Under the pieces are notes generated by a model. It did no database searches. It was not told the DNA's origin and saw only the letters and a program-made list of their open reading frames with translations. The position numbers and the translations under genes are program-made. A DNA stretch of 64,000 nucleotides from contig JANHCV010000015.1 of assembly GCA_025594325.1 (NCBI GenBank), positions 806,001-870,000 on the forward strand, given 5' to 3'. Each line of letters opens with the position of its first letter. Within the stretch, counting starts at the first letter, position 1. Of the stretch, positions 1 to 10,341 are shown one piece after another. The DNA comes from Blastocladiella emersonii ATCC 22665 (lineage: Eukaryota > Fungi > Blastocladiomycota).

Positions 1-2608
1 GGTCGTGGACCAGCGTCGAGTACTTGGCCAGCTTGCGCTCGAGCGTGCGGATGAACTCGACCGACTTGACCAGGATCGTCGCCTTGGACACGGTGTGCCC
101 GCCGACCACGCCGCCCGTCCCGCCGTCGCCCGCTTCATCCTCGTCACCTGCTTCGGGCGGTGGTGCCGATACGGGTTTCGCCATGGCCGCCGCCGTCTGC
201 CGCAGCTCCGGCACGTAGTCGACCAGCAGCTGGAACCCCTGCCGGATCGTGTTGCGCCGCTTCTTCTCCGACTGGATGTGACTTGCCCGCTTGACCACGG
301 GCGGGTGCTGCTCGCCCGCGCCGTCGCCCTGCGCTGCCGCCGGAGCAGCTGGCGCGTCGCTCGCCCGCGCCTTGCGCTTGCGCGGGTTCGCTGCCATCGG
401 CTTGGGTTCTGGCTCCGCCGCCGCATCGCCGCCCTGCTCGCCGGTGCCCGAAAGCCCGAGCCGGTGCACGCCGAGCGCGACCGCGCCCACCCCATTGGTG
501 GCCCCGCCCGCGCTCATGACGCTCGACGTGCGCGCGCGCCGCGCCGGATGCGCCGACGCTGCCGTGGCCGCGGCCGCCGCCGCCGCCGCGAACCCGGACC
601 CCACGGCCGAGTGCGGCGTGATGGGCGTCAGCGGCGGCACGCTGCTCGAGTCCGACGTGCCCGACGCGTGCAGCAGCGGCGGCGGGTGTTGCTGCTGCTG
701 CTGGAACACCTGGAACATGGGCTGCTGTTGCTGCGGCGGCGCCTGCCCGCTCATCATGAACTGGTGCTGGTGTGGCGGCGCCGTCGTCGCGATGAAGAAC
801 GTCGGCGACGCGAGCGGCTGCTGTTGCGGCTGCGGCTGTTGCACGTACACGGGCGTGCCGCCGGTGGCGAGCTGCACCGGGACCAGGACCATCGGCTGGT
901 GGCCGTTCTGCTGCTGTTGTGGCGGCGGGTGGTGGTGTGCGAGCACGGCGCCGGGCGGGAGCTGCAGCTGGAGCACCGTCCCGCCGCCATTCCCAGAATC
1001 GACGGGGGTCGGCGCGAGGATAAACACGCCCTGCGGCTGCTGCTGAGGCTGCTGCTGGACGAGCACCATCGGCTGCTGCTGCTGGTAGTGCTGTTGTGGC
1101 GGCGCGTCAAACGTCGGCGACACGAGCATCGACGACGACGACGCCGACTGCGGGAGGACCGGCGACATGGGCCCGTGCGCGTGTCCGTTCGGCGAGTACA
1201 GCGGCGACCCGAGCGACAGTCCGAGCCCTGTGTGCTGCTGCTGAGGGACGACCTGGAGCCGCAGGTTGTGGATGTTGGCCGGGTTGCTCGGCGGTGGTGG
1301 CGGCGGCGGGTGCACGTCGAGCGGCATCATCTGCTGCTGCTCCTTGTGCGACGGCACCACGACGGGCGGCGGCGGTGGGGGAGGGGACATGATCCCCTGC
1401 CCAAACACCGCGTCCATGGGACTCGCGGCGCCGGCGCTCGGCGGCTCGGCGCCCGTCGCCATCCAGTCGAGGAACATGTCAAAGTACCGCTGCTCGTTGG
1501 CCGACAGCAGCGAGTCGCCGCCCACCGCCCCGCTCGCGGCGGTGGTACCCGCGTCGAACATGAGCGAGTCGGCGGTCCCCGCCCCCGCCCCCGCCCCCGC
1601 GGCGTGCGCGTCGAACAGGCCGCCGAACAGGTCCCCGCCGCCCGTCAGCCACGACGCGTCGCCCGCGCCGAGTCCGGGAGATGGCGGGGCGGGCGGGGCG
1701 AGTGACGCGAGTGGTGGTGGCGGCTGCGGCTGCGATGGGCGTGGTGGCGAGGACACGTCGGGGTGGCCGATTGCCGCGCCCAGCGTGTGGTTCGCATCGA
1801 GTACGGGCGCGGTGGCAGCGGCAGCGGCAGTCCAACCGGCCGGCGACGACGCGCTCTCGGCGAGCGGCGTAGGCGACCGCCGGGTCTGCGGCGCAGCGGA
1901 AGCGGAAGCGAGCAGCGAATGTCGTCGCTCGTGGCGCGCGACGGCCGAGGGATCGAGCAGGCTCGCGGGCGGCGGCGGTGCGCGGTGCGTGTGCGCGGGG
2001 ACGTGCAGCGCGACCGACGACGACGACCCCGCGGGCGACGACGTCACGGGCTTCGCGCCAGCGACGACGCTGCTGGTCCGCGCACGCGGCGGCGGCGGCG
2101 GCGGTGGTGGGGCCGAGGGCGGCGCGGGCGTAAAGTGGTGCGTGACGAACGACGCCGCGGCGGCGTGCGAGAAGGGCGGCGGCGGGTGCGATGACGACGA
2201 GGAGGGCGGTGGTGGCGGTTCCCGCGCCGCGGCCGCGTGCGGATGCGCGTAGTGTGTGTGGCGGTGGTGGTGGTGCGGGTGGTACAGCGGCGGCAGCGTG
2301 GCGGGATCGGCGGACAAGAAGTCGGCCGAGGCCATCTGCGAGTCGATGAAGTGGGCGGGCGTGCGGCGCGCAGCGTACGGGTCCTGCCCACCAGGCGACG
2401 ACGAGGGCGGCGGCGGTCCTGGTGGCGGATGGTGGTAGTGGTGCAGGTACAGGTTGTGCTGGTGGTAGTGCGACGGCTGTGGCGGCGGCGGCGGGAGCGA
2501 CGGTGCCGCCGAGCGCGACCCGGGATGGTGCGGCGGATCGGGCGCGCCGCTGGCAGGGCCAAACAGCGGGAACCGCGAAGGCAGCCCGGGCGAGACGGGC
2601 GGCTGCAT
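1..2608 (-). CDS. bHLH transcription factor (MLX/Mondo-like basic region) with long Q/P/H-rich disordered N-terminus; 3' end runs off the window
   Basis: Not in the ORF track because there is no stop in the window. Manual minus-strand translation gives KRASHIQSEKKRRNTIRQGFQLLVDYVPEL (from ~292) and SKATILVKSVEFIRTLERKL (~30-90). ATG at 2608 (MQPPVSPGLP) is in the same frame. Internal stops were not checked codon by codon. Confidence 0.85.
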   Translation of the reverse strand, partial: MQPPVSPGLPSRFPLFGPASGAPDPPHHPGSRSAAPSLPPPPPQPSHYHQHNLYLHHYHHPPPGPPPPSSSPGGQDPYAARRTPAHFIDSQMASADFLSADPATLPPLYHPHHHHRHTHYAHPHAAAAREPPPPPSSSSSHPPPPFSHAAAASFVTHHFTPAPPSAPPPPPPPPRARTSSVVAGAKPVTSSPAGSSSSVALHVPAHTHRAPPPPASLLDPSAVARHERRHSLLASASAAPQTRRSPTPLAESASSPAGWTAAAAATAPVLDANHTLGAAIGHPDVSSPPRPSQPQPPPPLASLAPPAPPSPGLGAGDASWLTGGGDLFGGLFDAHAAGAGAGAGTADSLMFDAGTTAASGAVGGDSLLSANEQRYFDMFLDWMATGAEPPSAGAASPMDAVFGQGIMSPPPPPPPVVVPSHKEQQQMMPLDVHPPPPPPPSNPANIHNLRLQVVPQQQHTGLGLSLGSPLYSPNGHAHGPMSPVLPQSASSSSMLVSPTFDAPPQQHYQQQQPMVLVQQQPQQQPQGVFILAPTPVDSGNGGGTVLQLQLPPGAVLAHHHPPPQQQQNGHQPMVLVPVQLATGGTPVYVQQPQPQQQPLASPTFFIATTAPPHQHQFMMSGQAPPQQQQPMFQVFQQQQQHPPPLLHASGTSDSSSVPPLTPITPHSAVGSGFAAAAAAAATAASAHPARRARTSSVMSAGGATNGVGAVALGVHRLGLSGTGEQGGDAAAEPEPKPMAANPRKRKARASDAPAAPAAAQGDGAGEQHPPVVKRASHIQSEKKRRNTIRQGFQLLVDYVPELRQTAAAMAKPVSAPPPEAGDEDEAGDGGTGGVVGGHTVSKATILVKSVEFIRTLERKLAKYSTLVHD

Positions 2609-3360
2609 GCGGTCGGTCGGTTGGTCGGTCGGTGGAGGGAGGTCGCTACGGTCGGGGCGGGAATCCGCGATGCGTCAGCGCCTGAGGCTCCGGGATGGCG
2701 AGCGCGGGCGGGAGCCGTACAGGGCAAGCAGCGGTCGGTCCCTCTCTCGTGGTGGGTATATAGGGCGGTGGCAGCACTGGGAGAGTGCGCGGCGACTCAG
2801 GGTGCGGGCGTGGTGGTGGCTGACAAAGGAGCGGCGGTGGTGGTCGGCTGAAGCGAGGTCGAGGTCGATGGCGGTGGCGGGCCGGGTCCGGCTAGTTCCA
2901 TGAAGAGTGCATAGAGGGCGGCGGCGTGTGCGTTGCAGGGAGTGGCGGTCCGCGGGCGGGCGCGCTCGGTTCTGCGGGGCGAGATGGGGTCGGAGGAGGG
3001 GAGGGGAGGGCAGTGAAGGTCGGCCATGCGGCCTCGCTGCACGGCCTGCAGCTGGCGCTTCTCCAACTGGCCGCGGTCACGCTCCCCTGCTCGATGCGCA
3101 CCAGAAAGCTGCCCGAGTTCGTGGCCGTTGAAAATTGTGCGGGACGAGAGCACTTGGCTCCCTTTTCGGCCGTCGGTGGCAGACGGCGATGCGGGGAAGT
3201 CGGTCGCGGCGGAGCGGCGGCGAGGAGGCGCTCCGCTTTCACACGACGCGCGCCCACCGCCACCGCCGCCACATGGGTCCCCCCGCCCGCGGCCCCGTTC
3301 GCCGCATGATTTCCTCGCCGCGGCCCGACGCTGACGTCACAGTAAGGTAACCGACATGTA

Positions 3361-4130
3361 TTACGCGTCGACGTCATCCACGCCCATGGAGAGCGGTCGG
3401 CCCTCGCCGTCAGTGACGCGGGCAAAGTACTTTGGCGGGATGACGCCGTCGAACCCGGCCGACAGCACGACGCCGTTGGCGCTCTCGAACCACGCCATCC
3501 CGTCGCGCACGGCGCGCGCTATGTCGACGTAGACGTGCACCTCGCTCGACCGCCGCATGCCCGACACAACGCCGTCCGCACCCGGAAGGCCCTTGGCGCA
3601 GTGCACGTGGTGCCGCCGCATCACCCGCAGCCCGTCGCGCGCGATAAGCGCCCACGCCGCGCGCGTCGTGCCGTGCACCACCACGGCCGGGATGTTGCCC
3701 GCGGCCTCGGTCAGCGGCGTCAGCTCGAGCTGCGTCACCGACGCCAGCGAGTGGCCCTGGTTCGCCCGCACGTACCACGCGCCCGTCGCCGCTTCCTCGC
3801 GCAGCGCGAAACGCTGCTTGTCGTTGGTGGCCACTACCTGCTGCACCGACCCGAGCGTGTACTTGCGGAACTTGGGCAGCGCGAGCTACTCTCCGGTTGA
3901 GGTCAGTGCCCCAGGTCGCAGAGAAGGGTGCGACGTGAACGCACCAGCTCGTCCACGGCGACGTAGCCGTCGGCCGCCATGGTCAGCCCGAGCTCGGCCG
4001 CGCCGTGCCGCAGCGCAAACGACATGAGTTTGGACAGCTGCACGTCGTGCGGGCTGCTGCTGCTGTCCCGGTCCTTGCCGCCGGTGCACGGGTTCCGTTG
4101 CTGCTGCTTGCGTCCAGTTGAAGCCGACAT
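3361..4130 (-). CDS. TPT1: tRNA 2'-phosphotransferase (Tpt1/KptA)
   Basis: LSKLMSFALRH, RANQGHS, VHGT and RHHVH motifs; intron 3886-3944 (GTGCGT..CTGAC..TAG) joins the two ORFs in frame. Confidence 0.95.
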
Positions 4131-4734
4131 CGTGATATCGTGTCTGAGACCGGTGGTGACAGATGCAGTCAGCGCACGATCTGTTGCGCCCAGTCAGGTC
4201 TCTTCATGGCATGAGCTGCATCAGCGTACCACGCACGGGTGAGCTTGACACGACGCGCCGCAGGCCCAGGCACACGCTTGCGACTGCCACCACGATCCCA
4301 AGAGTGATTGCCCATCCACGACAGTTGTGATCGTTGCGCATCCCTCACACACGACGTTAGGCAAGCTCAAGACGTGCTTGCGCAAAGTTTTTGAGTCCCT
4401 GGGGGAAACTTTGACGCAAGGAAAGCGAAGCCCAGTCCGCGCCGCCCGGGCGTGCCCGCTTCACTGCGCGGCTGATCGGACCGCAATCGGAGGCCCCGTG
4501 GCCGTGGCCAACGTGGACCACACAACGAGGTCGTTCCGTCACCGTCCGAAACTCCTGAAAACGCTCTACCTTGCTCTGTAGGGTCAGGATGCGCGGGCGT
4601 CAGGCGAAGGGTTGCGATGCCCTTCGCCCGAACCTGGCCCGCCGCCGCCCCTATAAATTCGGCCCTGCACAGCGCCGGGATCTTCTCTCCCTCATACCAA
4701 TCGTCTTGCATTTAGTCTGATACCCCCAGTCCCC

Positions 4735-5562
4735 ATGTCCTTGCCTCTGCAGAGTGGTTGGCAGGTGGAGACGCTCGCAGCGCCCAACTCACTCGCGCCA
4801 CTTGCGACCCTCCCTCGCCCTCGCGATGCTCTCCTACCCGCCAAACCGATCGCACCCCGACCCGCCCTTGCACTCTCCGACCCGCCCGCCACAACGACTC
4901 TCCCTTTTCTCGCAACGAACAAAGACTTCAAAGCCGTCCGCTGTGTTGCTGATCGCGTCAGCAAGCGCCCCAGCTCGAGCTCGGCAACCAAGATCAAGTC
5001 CAAGTTCAAGAAGTCGGTGAGCGTCTTTGCTCGCCGGACTCGGCAGGCCAACCCCATGCCTACCGACCCTCATCGAGTTCCGCGCCAACAACTCGCTGCA
5101 ACATCGATCACCCTCCACAACAAGATCAAGGAAATCGACACCAAGGAGCAGGCCTTCCTGACCTCCCTTGCGCAGCTCGGTCCAGCAGCAACGCCAGACT
5201 CGGTTGAAGCTGCGCAGCGTCACATACAGTGCTATTTTGCCAAGCGGGACGAGGACAACATGGCGGTGCTTGAGTGCATGGACAGCAAACAGGAGCTGTT
5301 GGAGATCGCGTGTGGGAGGTTGGGCTTCTCGCCCGACCGCACAGGTCTCACCAGCAGCACAAGTATCATCAATACCAACAACGAGAACCACGAGCTTCAC
5401 GTTGCCCTTGCTGAACATTCTAAACTGAAGCATGAGGACACCCAGAAGTTCCGAGACGCGCACCGCGAGATCGAGGTGCTGAAAGCTTGGATTTGGTACC
5501 TTGAGACGGCACATGTTGCGGCACGTGAGCCTGCACGTGAGCAGGGCGGTAAGGAGGAGTGA
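4735..5562 (+). CDS. orphan protein, P/A-rich N-terminus and helical/coiled-coil C-terminus
   Basis: Intronless 275-aa ORF; TATA-like CTATAAA at ~4652; no family motif recognised. Confidence 0.6.
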   Translation: MSLPLQSGWQVETLAAPNSLAPLATLPRPRDALLPAKPIAPRPALALSDPPATTTLPFLATNKDFKAVRCVADRVSKRPSSSSATKIKSKFKKSVSVFARRTRQANPMPTDPHRVPRQQLAATSITLHNKIKEIDTKEQAFLTSLAQLGPAATPDSVEAAQRHIQCYFAKRDEDNMAVLECMDSKQELLEIACGRLGFSPDRTGLTSSTSIINTNNENHELHVALAEHSKLKHEDTQKFRDAHREIEVLKAWIWYLETAHVAAREPAREQGGKEE

Positions 5563-7105
5563 ACCGTTCCTCCCGTTTTTGTGGATACGGACCGCCAAGG
5601 ATGTTCAAAGTGTCAATCAATATAGATTTGTGTTCAACAACACCATTTAGTGCCTGCAGATGGCAGACATGAGTGTGAGGCAATCGTTTGATATGGTCGC
5701 GATGATCGCGTTCAGAATGATGGTAACCTGATTGTCAGCTTGAACACGAGAGCGTTGTCAAACCGCCGGCTCGCGTCACTGAACGCGAATCGCTCACTTG
5801 GTATAACCCAGAGAACGTCGCATTGGTCCCACACATGGCGTTTGTAGCAATCGATTTGCAAGTGCTCGGTACAAACCAGAGAATATCGTATGTGCCGAGA
5901 CAGTGAATCAACGATATGTTTGGTGGTTAGAATTGGTTTCTCTGGTTCAAGAAAACCGGTTGAAACCTTTCGAACAATCATTATTGGTCTCCCAGGACTC
6001 CCAAACGCGTTGAAACGCTTTCAGAACATTCCAAAACATTCGTTTCGATTAAAGGGGACCAACGCGTTGCGATATCACGTGGTGATCGCGAGACAGCGCG
6101 GGACAGGACGGTGTGGCGTTGGCGGTGGTCGTTCACCAATCGATTCACGCAACTGTCCCGGGACGGCTGCTGATATCCGTTCGGTTCTGCCTCACCCCTT
6201 TCGGTCCTCCCACATAAAAAAATCTAGAGAGTACATGCAACGGAATGCTCCGCTCGATATGGCAGTGCTTGAATACCCCAAACGCCGCCTTTGTGCGATA
6301 ACCCGTCTGGTCGCAAACGGTCCTGTGAACGTCCACACACAAGGGCTTGTCTCACGATGGCGAACTCCACTTGCTTCACAAACTCCGAGTCGCTTCGATC
6401 GATGCCAGCTGCAGGAAACGAAGGTTGGCAGCTGGCGCGGGTAGTCCTTGAGGGGGAGTGAGATACAGAGCATCAACGAGCGCGAGGTTGGACCTGGTCG
6501 CCGCGATTCCTGCCGCCTGGGACACGCGAAGCGAGGTCTCCATGCACCGCAATTCGAGGGCTCGTTGAAAACGTGCTCTCGAGGCCAGGAAAACGTGAAG
6601 CGTGCTTGCCGTGACAATTGGACACACAGATGCGAGCTGTGATGGCCCCAGCGAACGCGGACCGCTCTCGCGTTTTTGAACGCTGCCGCGACTCATCCTT
6701 ACCGTTCCGTGGCTCCCTAGAATGGCAACGCACACTAGACCTGCATGAAAACGTGCTCTCGCTCGACCAGCTGATCAGAGCGAGGGTTGGATTGGTGCCG
6801 TTTGGGGCGAGCGTGACCAGCTCATCAATCATGACGCGCGTTGACGCACACGTTTGTTACATCGTTTCATCCTCGCACTGTCCAACGCGGGAAGGTATCC
6901 TGCAAACCATGCAGTCTGGGTGCGAGCAAGCGGGTTCGTCGCGCTGCAGCCGGCCAGCGGTTAGCGACGCCTATAAAACCCCCCGCGTCGCGCTGTCATC
7001 CTCCCTCTCTCGCCAACAAACCGCTCTACTCTTGCGCAAAGTTTCCTCGCTGCCCTTCTCTCGCTCCCGCCCTCAGATCACTCCTTTTGTGCAGCGCCTG
7101 CTCTT

Positions 7106-8068
7106 ATGTCTCAGCAACAGCACAGAAACCAGATGTCGCGTGCACCTGGCGCAGCACCACACACTGCTGTGCCTCGCGCTGCCCATCCCCCAGCTGGGCA
7201 CATCAACTCCACTGCTCAGACAGCGCGTCCTCTTCCTGGGCACGGCAGCTGCTCTGATGCAGTTCACGACCACCAAGAACGTGACAAGAAACCCAAGATC
7301 GACAAGCCAACTGACACCAAGAACGCGCTCAACATGATGGACAAGAAGGTCTACGCCCGCCGCTCCCAGCCGCGCCATTCCCAGCTACACCGCGCTGATT
7401 CGATCGACCTGTTGCACGATTTGGAGCATCAGGATGACGTTTCAGCGCCAGCTGACGATGCGGATGGAGACGAACTCCTCTTGTCCATCGGCCGATTTGA
7501 TGCCGTGGCCCGTGCAGAGCAAAAATGCCAAGAATTGGCTGGTGTGTGCAAGAATGCCATGGCCATGGTGTCCAATCCTGCTGCCAAGACCATTATCGTC
7601 GCTCATACCGCTATCACGTATTCCGGAGAGCTCGAGCAGATCATCAAGACGACGTCCAAGGTTCAGTCACACCTGCTTACTCATATCGCTCAGCAACCTG
7701 ACAAGGAGTTTCTCCTTGATACGCTGGAGGAGAACCTGGAGCTCCACGCTGCGCTGCGCAAGAGTCGCGATCAACTCGCTGCTGAGCAGCAGGAAAAGAC
7801 CGCCTTGATTAACCTGCTCACGCTGCTCAGCAACAAGCTCAAAGATTACCACCACAATACCCAGTTTCTCGACCGCGTCGAAACCTTGCATGGCGCGGAG
7901 CCAACGAATTGCGTTCCCACGCTTGTGGATGTCAAGAACGCTGAAAACGAGTACCTCGACACTTTGATTCGGTTCACAGATGCAAATTTCCATGCTATGG
8001 AGAAGCGGGGTGCTGATTGCCTGGATTCGCAAGACGCGGAACCTGGTGCAAAGCGCCAACGGACGTGA
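7106..8068 (+). CDS. orphan coiled-coil protein with basic C-terminal tail (EPGAKRQRT)
   Basis: 320-aa ORF (start may be the ATG at 7133); CTATAAAA at ~6971; T-rich 3' flank. Confidence 0.65.
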   Translation: MSQQQHRNQMSRAPGAAPHTAVPRAAHPPAGHINSTAQTARPLPGHGSCSDAVHDHQERDKKPKIDKPTDTKNALNMMDKKVYARRSQPRHSQLHRADSIDLLHDLEHQDDVSAPADDADGDELLLSIGRFDAVARAEQKCQELAGVCKNAMAMVSNPAAKTIIVAHTAITYSGELEQIIKTTSKVQSHLLTHIAQQPDKEFLLDTLEENLELHAALRKSRDQLAAEQQEKTALINLLTLLSNKLKDYHHNTQFLDRVETLHGAEPTNCVPTLVDVKNAENEYLDTLIRFTDANFHAMEKRGADCLDSQDAEPGAKRQRT

Positions 8069-8388
8069 CCTGGTGAGAGAATTTTGTTTGATTTGTCTCG
8101 TGTGCTGTGCTAGAATAAAGTTGTTTTTGCTCTTACTTAGCTTTTCTACACTTGATACGAGTGATGTGATTGCAGCTGTGATCTCTTTTTGCAGGCTCTG
8201 CACGGGAATCTTTCAGGATGCATACTTCATTTATTGGGCGCTAGCCGTACCGAATACGCGCTTGATGGAGTCAGGTGAGCAAAGAGACGAACGGGGCGAC
8301 GCGGAAGACATCTGCACGTGACCGAAATTCCTCGCGTGATTCATTCATATAAACTCGAGCAGCGTCAAAGCGCCCATCAGACACATCA

Positions 8389-9197
8389 ACACCAGCCGGC
8401 GTGGCGCAACGCGTCCTTTTGCGGTGCCGCCGCTGGCCCACGCGGCTGACCTGCTCGAGAGGCTCAAGCGCGTCATGACCGTGGCTCTCAGGCGTTAAGC
8501 TGACACGCAACACTGTGGTCAGCTACCTGATCAACCTGGTGCTGTTCACAGCGCCAGTCCCGTCGTGGGTCGCCTAGGCCTAGCTCGGAAAAATTGGCGA
8601 CGCGGGGTGCAAGCATCTCTGCAACGCGCAGGATGTGGCCAAGAAAATTCGACACGATTGATCAATGCTCTGTGGCTCAAACAGATGGACGCCATTGCGT
8701 GCTTGCTGTTTACTCAAGCGGATCCTCGTTGTCACCTATGTCATGATGGGGCGGTTTGCATCCTCTTCAATCAGCTGGCTGTTGGTGACTTTGCCTTACC
8801 TTGGAGGGAGCCTGGGGTGGTTGGCTTTTGCTGGCCTTTTTGTTTGTTGGGCACGCAAATCGGCCAATGAAATATCCAATGTCATTCAATTTCTTTGTTG
8901 CGTGTGTATTCGATTTAACTATTCCGTGCATTCTTCTTCTCGTTAACGCGCTGACACGCGACTAGTACGCGTCCAGCCTGCTGCCCAGGTTCTCGCTCAT
9001 AGTCAACAAAGCGTGTCAAAGCTCACCGATGCCAACCTCGTGCAAGCTTTAAAGGCACTTCATAGTACCTACAGCTTGGGATTCTCGAATTCCTACCATC
9101 CTCCACGAAGCGCGCTCGTCCTCGTCGAAACAATCGGTGCGCCTAACGTGATCGCGTTGCGCCACTCAGCCACTCCGGCGCGCCACTGTGGCGCAGT
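8389..9197. mobile_element. putative non-autonomous element 1 bounded by A end (8389-8420) and B end (9145-9197)
   Basis: Both ends recur at 12881-12911 and 15214-15270. The A core GTGGCGCAACGCG is the exact reverse complement of the B core CGCGTTGCGCCAC. The B end forms a TGCGCCAC..GTGGCGCA hairpin. No transposase and no target-site duplication identified. Confidence 0.4.
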
Positions 9198-10341
9198 CCG
9201 AAACAAGCGCGCGTCCACTACGATCCGAGTGTAGAGGAAACGCAAACCTGAACGTGAATTCTCGACCAGTTCGAAGCGCAAGAGTCGCACAACAACGGCC
9301 TTCCACATGAGCAGCTCCCCGCTGCTGAGGATCCGCGCGATCTCAGCCCAGTGCTTGTAACACCCGCGTGTGTTGTTTCGACTACTAGAGCTACCACACC
9401 CGCGTGCGCTACTGCCAGCAGTTAGCCAAGGTATGCGTCGATTCGCGCGGCAGTCACCACTTGCGTCATTTGGGAACTTCACAGCAAAGTGGATCTCCAG
9501 ATCGATTTGAGAGCACCCCACTGGGTCGCAGCTTGATCAGGGCTCGCGTTCTTACCGAGCGCACGTTGCACGGCCACACCGCTCACGGTGGCCGCGCGCC
9601 CACAAGTCGTTGGCGAGCTCGACGGGCGCGACGGCACACGCACGGCACACCCCGGAAGCATGACTTAGCGCCGTGTGACACGAGCAGCGTAGAATCCAGA
9701 GGTTGTAGAAGCAGTGGTTCAAAGCGAGCCCTCACTAACTAAAAAATTCGCTGTTCACAGTGGTCGCGAAGGGCGCATCGTGAAGGCCGTATTGGCGCTC
9801 CTGCGCATGATGTCACTCGCACAATAAGTTTTCGGCGGTACTGTGGGAGCCGAAGAGCCGCAACGCGAGGAAGCGGGGCCACGGAACTGAACGACGTGCT
9901 CAAGGCGTCGTTGGAACATTCGACGAGGCCGCTGAGGGTATCCATCGTAATAACACTGCATCAGCTTCATGATTGCAACGAGTGGAAGGAGACATTGCAC
10001 TGGGTGGATGCTGCGCGAACACACGGCGGAGAGAGACTGCAGTTCGCTTGCGTTGCATGCGTGCGTGGTGTGGCGTCATGCGAACGGTTCGCGCGTGGGC
10101 CGCGTGGGAAAGCAAGCGACACGTCAGCCTGTCCGCGCCCGGGCTCGTGCCGCGCTAGTCTCTCGGGACAAGGCGCTGTGGCGCCGCCGTGTGGCTTGCG
10201 GCGTTTCACTGCGGCGACAGCTGACAGCGCCGCAGCGGCTGGCCCCGAGACTCGTGCCGCGCCCTCCTTCCCCGATCCAGCGAAGAAGGAAGGGACCGGC
10301 GCCCCGAGCTGCGCCAAAACTGCGCTCCAACCTCAATTGCT

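Noticed and set aside
5600-6960. Short ORFs and palindromic or direct repeats (e.g. TGAAAACGTGCTCTCG at ~6567 and ~6746)
   Set aside because: No coding bias or recognisable motif; the 16-bp repeat alone does not define an element.
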